Assembly (NCBI RefSeq): GCF_030028105.1
Contig: NC_092374.1
Span: forward strand, 8,918,998 to 8,982,997
Reading direction: 5' to 3'
Source: Mobula birostris
Lineage: Eukaryota
DNA length: 64,000 nt
Shown: positions 37,206-49,439 of the stretch, in pieces
Layout of the letters: every line of letters starts with the position of its first letter
Numbering within the stretch: position 1 is the stretch's first letter
Notes under the pieces: generated by a model
Databases searched by the model: none
What the model saw: only the letters and a program-made list of their open reading frames with translations
What the model was told of the DNA's origin: nothing
Translations under genes and position numbers: made by a program

Positions 37206-39150
37206 TGAAAAAAATTATCCACCTCCACTTTAAATACTTCCAGTGAGCCAGCCTCTACCAGCCCTTGGGGCAAAGAGTTACACAGATTCACCACCCTCTG
37301 CATCAAGTACCTCGGAGGAATGAGTTGGTGTGGCTAAAAAGTGAGGGAGGGAGGGGGCAAAGGGTGCACTTTAGTGGTGGAGGTAGTGGATAGGGTTCAT
37401 TGTGGATAGTGGGCTCCTTTGTTCTGGGTTGGTCGCAAGCTTCTTAAGTCCTTTTGGCGCTGCACTCCTCAGACAAGAGGAATCTATCCCATCAGACTTG
37501 TGACTGGTTGTGTCCTGCTGGTGGAGGGGCTTTGGGTGCTGTGAAGTAAGTTATTTCCCAAAGGATACTAATCTAACCCACTTTCTGGGATTCATTTCTC
37601 ATACAGCACTGTGCAAAAGACTTGGACACATATATATAGCTCAGGTGCCCAAGATTTTTGCACAGTACTATGTGTAGAGATTTTGTAACTCTGGTGGGAG
37701 CAAAGGACGTTGGGAATGATGAGGGTGGAACGTCACGGGAGGGGTGTGGGACAGGTGGCAGAGAAGGAGTGCCAGGGGTGGAGGGTGGCATGGGCGCAGG
37801 CACCTCCAGTCCCAAGTCATGAGGCACGGTCATTTGATTCCAAACAATTGGTTTGTTGATCATTACAGAATGTCTCTCTGGTGCTTCCCACTCCCTCCCC
37901 TCTCCCTTCCCCTTTTCCTAACCATGATTCCCCTCTCCCTGCCCCCTTCCCACTCTCAGTCCACAACAGAGACCCGTATCAGAATCAGGTTTATCATCAC
38001 TCACATGTGTCATGAAATTTGTTTTCTCGTGGCAGCCGTACAGTGCAGTACATAAGATTACTACAGTACTGTGCAAAGGTTAGGCACTAGAGCCATACAG
38101 TACATATATGTCTAAGACCTTTGCACAGTATTGTATGTCTGGCCAGACATATATGGGTAGTGCAGTAAAATAGCACAGTGCTTCACAGCATCAGCGACCC
38201 AGGTACAATTCCCACTGCTGACTGTTAGGAGTTTATACATTCTTCCCATGTATGCCTGGGGTTCCTCAGAGTGCTCTAGTTTCCTCCCATAGTCCAAAGA
38301 TAAAGGTTAAAAGATTAGCTTTATTTGACTTTGAAACGTACAGTGAAAGGCATTGTTTGTGTCAAATCAAATCTGCGACGATTCTGCTGGGCAGCCTGCA
38401 GATGTCACCATGCTTCTGGCACCAGCATGGCATTCCCACAATTCAGCAACCCTAACTCGGATGTGTGTGGATCGCGGGCGGAAGCCAGAGCACCCAGAGA
38501 AAACCCACACGGTCATGGGGAGGTGATACAAACTCCTTCGAGACAGCGGCGGGAATCAACCCTGGTCCTACAGCTCGTGCAGCAAAGCGTGACACTCACC
38601 GCTGCACTAACTACGCCATCACACTGCGCCAGCGCATGGGTTGGAGTCAGTTGTGAGCACGCTATGTTGGCGTCAGAAGCACGGTGACACTTGCCGGCTG
38701 ACCCCAGTATAACCGCAGACTGTTGGTCTTTGACACAATGCACACATGGCAAATAAAGCTCATCTTTATCTCCTTCTCTTCAACTACGAACATTTGATGC
38801 ACCAAGTTAAGTCACCAGGGTGAACATGTGGTACATTGACATGTCAGGGGCAAGAGGAGATGTCAGGGACAAGTTTTTTATGCAGAGATTGGTGAGTGCG
38901 CGGAAAGGGCTGCGGGCAGCGGTGGTTGTGTCGGATACGATGGAGTCTTTCAAGAGACTCCTGGATAGGTACATAGAGCTTAGAAAAATAGAGGGCTGTG
39001 GGTAACCCTAGGTAATTTCTAAAGTAAGTACATGTTCGGCACAGCATTGTGGGCCGAAGGGCCTGTATTGCGCTGGGGGTTTTCTATGTTTCTATGTGTA
39101 ATCAGTAGTAAGATTATACTTACAATACAATCTCTCCTTTCTTCTTCCAG

Positions 39151-39181
39151 GAAGAGCAGAGTTTAACCCAACGCGCAGAAG
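39151..39181 (+). CDS. SIGLEC15-like: Siglec-15-like gene exon 4: 31-nt juxtamembrane cytoplasmic exon (G)RAEFNPTR(R)
   Basis: Strong polypyrimidine acceptor tctctcctttcttcttccag|, donor AG|GTATGA. Phase 1-2 joins exons 3 and 5 in frame. Confidence 0.75.
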
Positions 39182-39527
39182 GTATGAAGCAAAAATCGTC
39201 ATCTTTCTCTGTTGTGTACCAAACTGTTGTTGAAGTTAAATTAATGTACCAAATTAGGAATTACCAAGGGAAAGGTGCTACTCAACTGGCTTCATGGGAA
39301 TGGAATCAATCTGCTAATCAGGGTCATCAGAGGGGCAGAATGTCGGGAGCAACGTACTAATAGAACTGGACACACTTTATGGAGAATACCTTGGGGATCA
39401 GTAAGAGTGGGAATTATAGAGAGTGTTCCATCGGTGTGGTGGCTCCCACTGTGCCTCCAAATGGATTAGCAGGGAGGAGGCATTGTGAGCCAGCCCTCTG
39501 ACATCACGTTCTGTTCACCTGTTCATC

Positions 39528-40000
39528 AGGTACACCTGTACACCTGTCCATTCATGCAAATATCTGTTCAGTTCTTCAGCACATCACTTTGTAATGTGCG
39601 GTTATTTGAGTTACTATTGCCTTCCTGTCAGCTTGAACCAGTCTGGCCATTCTCCTCTGTCCTCTCTCATAAACAAGGCATTTTCACCCACATATCTGGA
39701 TGTTTTATTGTTTTTCACACCATTGCCTGTAAACTCTAGAGACAGTTGTGTGTAGAAATCCCAGGAGATCAGCAGTTACTGAGATACTCAAACCACCCCT
39801 TCTGATATCAACAATCATTCCACAGTCAAAGCCATTTAGATCACATTTCTTCCCAATTCTGATTTTGAGTCTGAACAACAACTGAAATTCTTGACCATGT
39901 TTGCATGCTTTTATGCATTGAGTTAGTGCCATATGATTGGCTGATTAGATATTAGTAGAAATGAGCAGGTGTACAGGTGTACCTATTAAAGTGGCCACTA
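39528..40000 (-). mobile_element. Tc1/mariner-derived internally deleted element
   Basis: 19-bp inverted repeat aggtacacctgtacacctg at 39528-39546 and 39966-39984. ORF 39705-39932 GKKCDLNGFDCGMIV..GLSISVTADLLGFLHTTVSRVYR is a Tc1 N-terminal HTH. Confidence 0.8.
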
Positions 40001-42300
40001 ACCATATATCTTGTGTGATGTAACATTGTATAACATAACAAACCTGATCCTATGAGATGTATACCCAGTTAAAAGTCTCCCCCTTACACTGGGTCCTCTC
40101 CACTGTCGTGTAGCCCAGGCAGTCCACTCCTGAAACCCCCATCTATCTCTACGGCTACCTCCAGACTCAATTATTTAATTTGTCTCCTTGCTGACTTTGT
40201 CTTCTAATCACCCAGTACATGGCTCACCAGAACTCGTGACGCAGCCCACTCACCCACCTCTCTGGCTCCTACACCCATGGTTAAGGGTTCTCAGTCGTCG
40301 TGTAGACCCTGCTCAAACTGCACCTTTGAGGGCCCTCAGCACACCGTCACAATCCACACCAATCTGCTCTGAGCAACGCACGCCCATCTGTGGGAGTGCT
40401 ATGTCTGGATTCCCAGCGTCAAGTTTCTCTGCTCTCCACTTCATAAGACCGCAGGACAAAGGGGCCGAAGTAGGCCATTCAGCCCATCGAGCCTGCTCTG
40501 CCATTCTGTCGCGGCTGATTTATCACCCCTCGCAACTCCATTCTCCTGCCTTCTCCCCATAACCTTTGACACGCTGACTATTCAAGAACCTATCAACCTT
40601 CCCTTTAAATATACCCAATGACTTGGCCTCCACAGCCGCCTGTGTAATGAATTCCACAGCTTCACGAAAGAAATCCCTCCTTATCTGTTCTAAATGGATG
40701 TCCCTCTATTCTGAGGCTGTGCCTTCTGGTCCTAGGCTCACCCACTATAGGAGGCATCCTGTCCATCCAATCCATCTAGGCCTTTCAGTGTTTAGTAGGT
40801 TATCTAGGAATTTCAATGTTCAATGTTAAGTAACTCTAATGACTTAGTCACTGCTCTCACAGGAGCATTCTTCCAACCTACCTGGTAGACTGAGTCTTGC
40901 GTCAATAACTCCAATTCACCTGTGTTGACCAAGGCGAATATTTGTCAGGTGTATTTCAGCACTAAAATGAAAACAAGACCACGTGTCGCATGACAGTAGG
41001 AGCACCAGTGGGCCACTCGGCCCCTCAAGCCCCACCTCTCAACATGATCATTACTGATCCCTAGTGGCCTCAACCCCTCTCCTGCTCCTGTTCCCTCTAG
41101 TCCGCAGTCAGCTCTTATGGGCGGAACAGTAGCATTGTGGTTAGCATGCAGTTCCTAAAGATCATGTGAGTTTCCCCTGGCTGCTCCAGTTTCCTCCCAC
41201 AGTTCAAAGATGTATGAGTTAGGGCCAATGAGTTATGGGCATGGTATGTTGGCACCAGAAGCATGGTGACACTTGCAGGCTGCCCGGCACAGTCCTGTCT
41301 GATTTGATCTGACACAAGGCAATGCACTTCACTGTACCTTTTGATGTTCGAAACATAAAGCTAATCTTTATCATCTGCATCAGAACTTAAATAACTCTAA
41401 TGACAATCTCCCTAAACCTCCTGGGTAGAGGGTTCCAGAGATTCATTGCCCTTGATAAAAAAAAAAGAACCTTCTTTTAAGTGAGCAGCCCCTTTTCTTG
41501 TAAATAGGTCCCCTTGTTTAAGATATCCCATTGGTTAAAATGTCTCACTTTCTACGTACCATCTTCCCATCAAGCCTCTCAGGATCAATAACAACACCCT
41601 TCCTTTTAAACTTAAAGCATTAAAAACCCAAACTGCCTAACTTCTCTAAATAGGACAACCCTTTTGTGTCCAGAATGAGCCTGGTGAATCTCTTCGGCAT
41701 TGCGCCCAACATTACTCTATCCCTGTTTTTTTGGACTAGAGGGACCACAGCATTGCATAGTATTCCAGCTGTGGCCTCACCAACTCTGTGCAACTTAACA
41801 AAAGCTCTCTGCGTTTAAACGCAAATCCCTTTCCAACAAAGGCCAATTTGTCTTCTTGACACCTCGTTGCACCTGCCTGCTAGTTTGCTGGGTTCACATG
41901 CCGAGAAACCGAGATGCCTCTTCACCTATAGCAAGATTTATTTTATTTATTTATTTAGAGATCCAGCAGGGTAACAGGCCCTTTTGGCCCCTTTGCCGCC
42001 CTGTTACACCCGTGTGACCAATTTACCTGCTAACCCGTAGGTCTTTGAGATGTGGGAGGAAACCCACACGGTCCCTTGGAAAACACACTCCTTGCAGACA
42101 GCAGCGGCTGGAATTGGACTCCTGTCACTGACTCTGTAATAGCGTTACGCTAACCGTTACTGTGTCTTTACCTGAGGCGTGGTGCTTGGAATACAGCGAG
42201 GTTTATGAGCCCGAAATAGCACTGGTCTCAGGGTAACGAGGGATATTGTGTGCCCCACACAGCAATGAAGGTTTAATTCGGTTTCTTGCTTATCACCCAG

Positions 42301-42362
42301 GGCCCAGCCAAATTCATCAGAGTATTCAAGAGCTAGTGTGCGCCTGCAGCAGACGTCACCAG
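42301..42362 (+). CDS. SIGLEC15-like: Siglec-15-like gene exon 5: cytoplasmic exon with Tyr motif (R)AQPNSSEYSRASVRLQQTSP(G/V)
   Basis: Acceptor tttcttgcttatcacccag|, donor CAG|GTAACC. Phase 2-1, open in frame with exons 4 and 6. Confidence 0.7.
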
Positions 42363-42738
42363 GTAACCTGGTTTAACAATTAAACCGCTCCACAGTTCCT
42401 TAAACAGAGTATTCTGTGGTAGAAAGTGCCGGGAAAAAGTATTTGGTAAATTTCAAGGGGGAGCGTAATGCAGGTGGAAGGTGTGGAGGAAAGGACAGAA
42501 TGTACGCGGGAGTTGCCGGGAGTGGATGGACTGAGCCCGGAGACGGGGGGTAGAGTGCGGAGGGTAGGGTGTGGAATCTCACTATTGACTTTGTGAGCTC
42601 AGGTGTGGAGTGGGGGAGGTAAGGCGGGGGTAGAAGTTGGAAGGTGGTGCTGGGGGTGGTGCGGAGGAAGGTTGGGGCTCTGTGATTCCTCCCCATTTTC
42701 TGAGATAATCTGTTCTGAAGAGAATTCCTCTCTTGCAG

Positions 42739-43349
42739 TGGTAAACAGGACCAAAGAGAACGGCTCTCTTGAGGTGGTGCCCCTTATGCCTGAACCGAAT
42801 GCGACTGAAGAGAGCGTCTCTCTTACCGCGCAGACCTGGATGCCTGAAGTGAACGTGATTGAAAACGGCTCTCTTGTGGCAGTGCCCCGGACGCCTGAAG
42901 AGAATTCAATCGCAGAAAACGCCTCTCTTACGGCGGTGTCCCAGACGCCTGAGGAGAATCCAGTCACAGAAAAAGCCTCTCAGGCGGTGTCTCAGACGCC
43001 TGAGGAGAATCCAGTCACAGAAGATGCCTCTCAGGCGGTGTCCCAGACGCCTGAGGAGAATTCAGTCACAGAAAACGCCTCTCCTGTGGCGGTGTCCCAG
43101 ACGCCTGAGGAGAATCCAGTCACAGAAAACGCCTCTCCTATGGCGGTGTCCCAGACGCCTGAGGAGAATTCAGTCACAGAAGACGCCTCTCAGGCGGTGT
43201 CCCAGACGCCAGAACCGAACGCAACTGAGGAGAGCGCCTTTCTTACTGCGCAGACCTGCACGCCTGAAGCGAACGTGACTGAAGACAATGACTCGCTTGT
43301 GGCAGTGTCCTGTGTGCCTGAGCAGGACACGGAGGTTAGCGATAAATGA
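42739..43349 (+). CDS. SIGLEC15-like: Siglec-15-like gene exon 6: terminal coding exon with acidic S/T/P-rich tandem repeats
   Basis: Acceptor ttcctctcttgcag| in phase 1 opens into ORF 42603-43349, stop TGA at 43347-43349. 51/54-bp repeats encode VSQTPEEN(P/S)VTE(N/D/K)AS(P/Q). Confidence 0.7.
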
Positions 43350-43429
43350 GTGGCCAAACTAACGCTGAGTTAATGCTGCAGAGACTACTTCAGCCAAATC
43401 GAATCTACTTTCAGGACAAACGGTGTATG

Positions 43430-44062
43430 AGAGAGACTGAGTGTGAATGTTAGTGTGTATGTGTATATGAGCATGTCTGCGTGTGGGTTTACCTGTGAGT
43501 ATGTCAGCGTGTGTGTGTATAAATGAACACATCTGTAATGAGTGTCTGTGAGTGTGTATGAAGAGCATGTGTACATTTACCAGTGTGTGTGTGCATATGT
43601 AGATGCACATCTGTGTTCATGATGTGTGTCTGAGAGTATATGTATGTCAATAAACCTACTTACCAGCCTATGCATGTCAGTGAGAGTGTGTTTCTATATC
43701 AGTCAGTGTACGTCAGTGAGCTGTTTACAAGCATGTCATGTGTGTGTGAGTGTGAGTATGAATGTGTGAGAGTGAGTATGAGTGTGTGTGTGTATTTATC
43801 AGTATATAGCTGCATTTGTATCTGTGCGTATTTCAGTGAGCTGTTTACGCGTGCGTGTGTGTGTGTGTGTGTGTGTGTGTATTTATCAGTATATCGGTGC
43901 ATTTCTATCTGTGTGTACTGTATTTCAGTGAGCTGTTTACAGGTGTGTGTGTGTGTGTGTGTATTTATCAGTATATCAGTGCATTTCTATCTGTGTGTAC
44001 TGTATTTCAGTGAGCTGTTTCCCAGTGGGTACATCACTGTGTGCATATTTAAGTGTGTGTGA
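43430..44062 (+). repeat. TG-rich composite microsatellite/minisatellite downstream of the stop codon
   Basis: (TG)n runs interleaved with recurring gtatttcagtgagctgtttac and gtatttatcagtata units. Confidence 0.85.
43649..43654 (+). promoter_or_regulatory. Candidate polyadenylation signal AATAAA for the Siglec-15-like gene
   Basis: First plus-strand AATAAA I found after the stop, 300 nt downstream. Confidence 0.35.
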
Positions 44063-45797
44063 GCACAGAGAGTGCTGAGGATGAACGACTGCTTTTAAGA
44101 TCCTTGAAGTAAGTGGACGAGTGGACACACGTGGAGCGGTGAAGCGGTTTCCCACAGAACATAGATTCTACCCTAGCAGGATGTGACGTCCTGCCCAGCG
44201 GTGTGGTTCCAGAGCTTGGTAGACAGGTTGCAAACTTCTGCAGGATCTGGCCAGAATTGATCCCTGTGGGAAGATGCTGGTGAGCCTTGGCTGAGTGGAG
44301 CCAGAGTGCCAGACATCAGACCTAAGGAGAAAGCGGCCAGATGAGAGTTCTCTAACAACTTCTGCAGCTTCTAGGTGTTTTAAAAAAAAAATTCCTCCCA
44401 GTGGAAACTGAATTTCAACGTTCAGACCACATTTGGAGCATTCTGAGCAGTTTTGGGTCCCTTATCAAAGATAGGATTTACGGGTGTGGGAGAGAGTCCA
44501 GAGGAGGTTCATGAGAATCAGTTCAGGAATGGAAGGGTTAACATATGAGGTGCATCTGGTGGCTCTGAGCCTGTACTCGCTGGAGTTCAATGCACCACAT
44601 ATAGATAATTTAGTTACTAGCAAAAGTGTTTCCGCTTCGAGACCACCCCAAAGATTAATATATTTCCATTCACCCGCTTTTCAGTTGAACAAAACTTCCT
44701 CTGGGTGTCAAATATTTAATTCTTGGTGTGTTTCATTCATTATTTATTTATTTCTTTGGCATTCAGCACTGGGAAAACTTCTGAAAAATGTTTGGGTTTT
44801 CTCAAAGACATTCCAAACAATGCATAAAGCAGACCCTCCCTTCACAAGCCAATGGCCTTTGTCTTTTTGATTAGTTTTTCATTTAGAGAATGAGCATGGT
44901 AACAGGCCCAGTGAGCTCGTGCCACCCAGTTCCGTCTGTCTTTGTGATGTGGGAGGAAACCCAGACGGTCACGGGGTGAGCGTGCAGACTTCTTACAGAC
45001 GCCAGAATTGAACCCAAGTCACTGACACTATAAAAGCAACTGTGCCACCGACTTTTGTGTTTGTGTGGAATGGGGTTCTTCTACTGGGTGATAATATTGG
45101 ATTGTACCCACTGCACTGTTGTAACTTGAACTCATCGTTAACTGCTGCTCACTCAGAAATGTTAGTGCAAGACATTTCTGTTCTGTACAGGTATTAGCGG
45201 GACGATGTTTGACAGGTGAACAGAAATAAAGAACGTTATTGGTTATGAGTCAGAGAGTGCTATAGCTCAGAAACAGACCCTTCAGCCCATCTATTCTACC
45301 TAGTCCAGTGGACCCTCACCTGGACCATACCCCTCCCATCCATGTACTTATTCCGACTCTAATGGGTTCCCATGGTCAGACGTGTCTTTCACTTCTAAAA
45401 ATTCTCCTGTGCTTCTGGCAGGATTTTTGTAGTTTCTCAGATAAACTTGTATCCTTCTTGGTTTTCATGTGCTGAAATGAGTGACAGAGGATCATGTCTG
45501 CTTACGGTTAGCTGATGTTCATGTAGTCATGTGGATAGTTTTTCCTCCATCTGTCCTGCATCTTATTTCCTCCATTTCTAAACTCCGAGACTCTGCAACT
45601 CAATATCCCACCCCTTTGCAACAAATTTTGACTTCCTGACCAACAGACTGCCATCATTAAAGATGGCAACAATACCTTTGCCACTGTTATCCTCAACACC
45701 AATGCTCTAAAAGGTTGCGTCCTCAGCCCCCCTACCCCCCACCCCCGCTCCCTGTGTACTCAGGACTGTGTGGCCAAATTCTGCTCAACTCCCTCTA

Positions 45798-45878
45798 ATG
45801 GGGGTTCCCAACCTGGGCTCCACAGACCCCTTGCTTAATAGTAGGGGTCCATGGTGTAAAAAAGCCTGGGAACCCCTG
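45798..45878. mobile_element. About 80-bp MITE with hAT-like terminal inverted repeats, inside a Rex-like fragment
   Basis: ggggttcccaacct ... gcctgggaacccctg. TSD is not clean. Confidence 0.55.
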
Positions 45879-47468
45879 TCCTACAAGTTAGCAGATAATA
45901 TCACTGCGGTGGGCAGGATCTCAGGAGGGAGATAGAGAGCTCTGTGACATGGTGTCATGATAATAATCTCTCATTCAATACCAACAAACTAAAAAACTGG
46001 TTATCGCCTTCGGGGGGGGGGGGGTGCACAGGCTCTTGTTTACATCAACAGTGCTGGGGTTAAGAGAGCCAAAAGTTTCAAGCCCCCGGGAGTGACCTTT
46101 ACCAATGGTGTGTCCTGCTCTAACCATGTAGAAGCCATAGCCAAGAAAGTCCTCCAAACCCTCAACTTGAAGTCCAAGTATACTGTCATTCAACTATACA
46201 TGTTTACAGCTAACTGAAGCAATGTTCCTCAGGGACCAAAACAGAGTTCATATATCACAAACAGCAGAGAAAATAATATTAACACAATAATATCAGAAGA
46301 TTAAGGTATTCTGTAGATGTACAAGTTGATATAAAGTGCATACACGACATATAATTAAATATACAACTGTATTACTGTTACTGGCACTGCGATAAATAAT
46401 GTGTACTGGGTGGCAACAGGGGATTCAGAAGTCTCACAGCCTGGGAAGGAAGCTCTTCCCCAGCCTAACAGCCCTTGCTCCTGACAGTAGGAGGTCAGAA
46501 AGATTATGGGACGGATGGGAGGAGTCCTTGACAATGTTGAGGGCTCTGCGAACACAGTGACACTGTTGTGTGTCCTGGATGGAAGTGGAGCTTGGGAGAT
46601 GTCCTCAGGAGGCTACAGAAATATGGCATTTACCTGCTGACCCTCACCGATATTTATTGATGCATCAAAGAAGGCATCCTATCTGACACATAACAGCATG
46701 GTAGGAAACTGCAACAAGTGGTGCACACAGTTCAGGATATCAGTGAAACCAGCCTCTCCTGCATGGACTTGCTCGATACCTCCCACCGTCTCAGTAAAGC
46801 AGTCAACATAATCAAAGATCCTACCCACACTGGGCTCTCTGTCTTCTCCCCTCTTCCATTGGGCAGAAGATACAAAAGCCTGAAAGCACGTACCGCCAGG
46901 CTCAAAGGCAAGTCTATCCCGCTGTTATAAGATGATTGAACAGTTATCTAGTACGATACGATGGACTCTTGACCTCAGGTCTAGGTCGTTATGACATCAC
47001 ACATTCTTGTTTGCCCGCAATTCGTTTCTCTGTAACTACATTCTGCATTACTGTTTTCCCTTGTACTGCCTTGTAATGAAATGGCCTTTATAGATGGCAT
47101 TGGAAACAAAGTTTTTTACTGTACTTTGGTGCATGTGACAGTACTAAACTAAACAGATTTGCATCTCGCAGTGGCACACACGAAGCTCAGGTCCAAGTGT
47201 ATCGTTATTCAACTGCACACGTATACAGCTAAACAAAACAACATTCCTCAGGGACCAAGGGTCACAGGCTGAATCTTTTCCACAGATGCTGCCTGGCCTG
47301 CTGAGTTCCTCCAGCATTCCTGTGTGTGTTGCTCAGATTTCCAGCACCTGCAAATTTTCTCATTTGTAACACACACAAAATGCTGCAGAAACTCCGTATT
47401 TCGGAAAAGCCCAACAAATAGCCCAAAACACCGGCTGTTTATTCCACTCCATAGATGCTGCCATAGAC

Positions 47469-47875
47469 CCAAGAACCCGAGCCTCGAGGATCCCGCAGCC
47501 AAACTCCAAGAACCCGAGCCTCGAGGATCCCACAGCCAAGCTCCAAGAACCCAGGCCTCGAGGATCCCGCAGCCAAGCTCCAAGAACCCTAGGCTCGAGG
47601 ATCCCGCAGCCAAGCTCCAAGAACCCGAGCCTCGAGGATCCCGCAGCCAAGCTCCAAGAACCCGAGCCTCGAGGATCCCGCAGCCAAGCTCCAAGAACCT
47701 GAGCCTCGAGGATCCCGCAGCCAAGCTCCAAGAACCTGAGCCTCGAGGATCCCGCAGCCAAGCTCCAAGAACCCTAGGCTCGAGGATCCCGCAGCCAAGC
47801 TCCAGGAACCCGAGCCTCGAGGATCCCGCAGCCAAGCTCCAAGAACCCGAGCCTCAAGGATCCCACAGCCCAGCT
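47469..47875 (+). repeat. Minisatellite, 11 copies of a 37-bp unit, within an LTR-like segment ending TGTGACA at 48269
   Basis: Unit ccaagaacccgagcctcgaggatcccgcagccaagct. The 37-aa periodicity in overlapping ORFs confirms a non-triplet unit. Confidence 0.95.
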
Positions 47876-48269
47876 CCAGACCCAGGATCCCGCCACCCAG
47901 TTCCAGACCCAGGAACCCAAGCCTCAATCCTCAAGAGCGAAGACCCTAGCCTGTCTCCAAGCTCACACCTCTAGACCCCAGCCACATCCTGTTCTGAAGC
48001 CATGTCATGTCCTTGCCTGGTTCCGGGGTCCGAAACCGAGGCAAGACCCAGGTACTGGGTCCTTATCCAGTCTCGAGCTCGGAGTCCATACCTTGTCTCC
48101 TAGTCCATGGTTCCTAGTCCTGGTCCCGCTTTCCCTAGCCCAAGTCTGCGTTCTTGTCCCTGCTCCTTGCCCGAATCCTGTCACGTCCCTACTCTAGTCA
48201 AGTCCTGTTCCTTGTACTTCAGTGTCTGTGTTTTGCATTTGGGTCTGTTTCCAGCACCCCATTGTGACA

Positions 48270-49435
48270 GATAGAGGTCTAGAAAATTATAGGGCTAGCA
48301 GGAAGGAGCTTAAGAATGAAATTAGGAGAGCCAGAAGGGGCCATGAGAAGGCCTTGGCGGACTGGATTAAGGAAAATCCCAAGGCATTCTGCAAGTATGT
48401 GAAGAGCAAGAGGCTAAGACGTGAGAGAATAGGATCTATCAAGTGTGACACTGGGAAAGTGTGCATGGAACCGGAGGAGACAGCAGAAGTACTTAATGAA
48501 TACATTGCTTCAGTATTCAAGACGGAAAAGAATCTTGCCAATTGTAGGGCTGACTAACAGCTGACTGAAAAGCTTAAGCATGTAGATATTAAAGAAGAGG
48601 ATGTGCTGGAGCTTTTGGAAAGCATCAAGTTGGATAAGTCTCCGGGACTGGATGAGATGTACCTCAGGTGGGAGGTGAGGAAGGAGATTGCTGAGCCTCT
48701 GGCAATGATCTTTGCATCATCAATGGGGATGGGAGAGGTTCCGGAGGATTGGAGGGTTGCAGATGTTGTTCCCATATTCAAGAAAGGGAGTAGAAATAGC
48801 CCAGGAAATTGTAGATCAGTGAGTCTTACTTCAGTAGTTGGTAAGTTGATGGAGAAGATCCTGAGAGGCAGTATTTATGAACATTTGGAGAGCCATAGTA
48901 TGATTAGGAATAGTCAGCATGGCTTTGTCAAAGGCAGGTCATGCCTTATGAGCCTGATTGAAATTTTTGAGGATTTGACAAAACATATTGATGAAAGTAG
49001 AGACATAGATGTAGTGTATATGAACTTCAGCAAGGCATTTGATAAGGTATCCCATGCAAGGCTTATTGAGAAAGTAAGGAGGCATGGGATCCAAGGGGAC
49101 ATCGCTTTGTGGATCCAGAACTACCTTGCCCATAGAAGGCAAAGAGTGGTTGTAGATGGGTCATATTCTGCATGGAGGCTGGTGACCAGTGGAGTTCCTC
49201 AGGGATCTGTTCTGGGACCCTTACTCTTCGTGATTTTTATAATTGACCTGGATGAGGAAGTGGAGGGATGGGTTAGTAAATTTGATGATGACACAAAGGT
49301 TGGGAGTGTTGTGGATAGTGTAGAGGGCTGTCAGAGGTTACAACAGGACATTGATAGGATGCAAAACTGGGCTGAGAAGTGGCAGATGGAGTTTAACCCA
49401 GGTAAGTGTGAGGTGGTTCACCTGTTGGATAAATT
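48270..49435 (+). mobile_element. CR1 LINE ORF2 internal fragment
   Basis: ORF 48603-49445: KSPGLD, SQHGF, NFSKAFDKV, GVPQGSVLGP, KFDDDT. Confidence 0.9.
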
Positions 49436-49439
49436 TGAG

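Noticed and set aside
40220-40450. Non-repetitive-looking segment with short ORFs in intron 4
   Set aside because: No recognisable domain or convincing splice-site pair. It cannot be supported without a database search.
47248-47974. Repetitive ORFs on both strands, and a possible CRISPR-like array
   Set aside because: This is a head-to-tail 37-bp minisatellite without unique spacers, in eukaryotic context with no cas genes. The ORFs arise from a stop-free unit.
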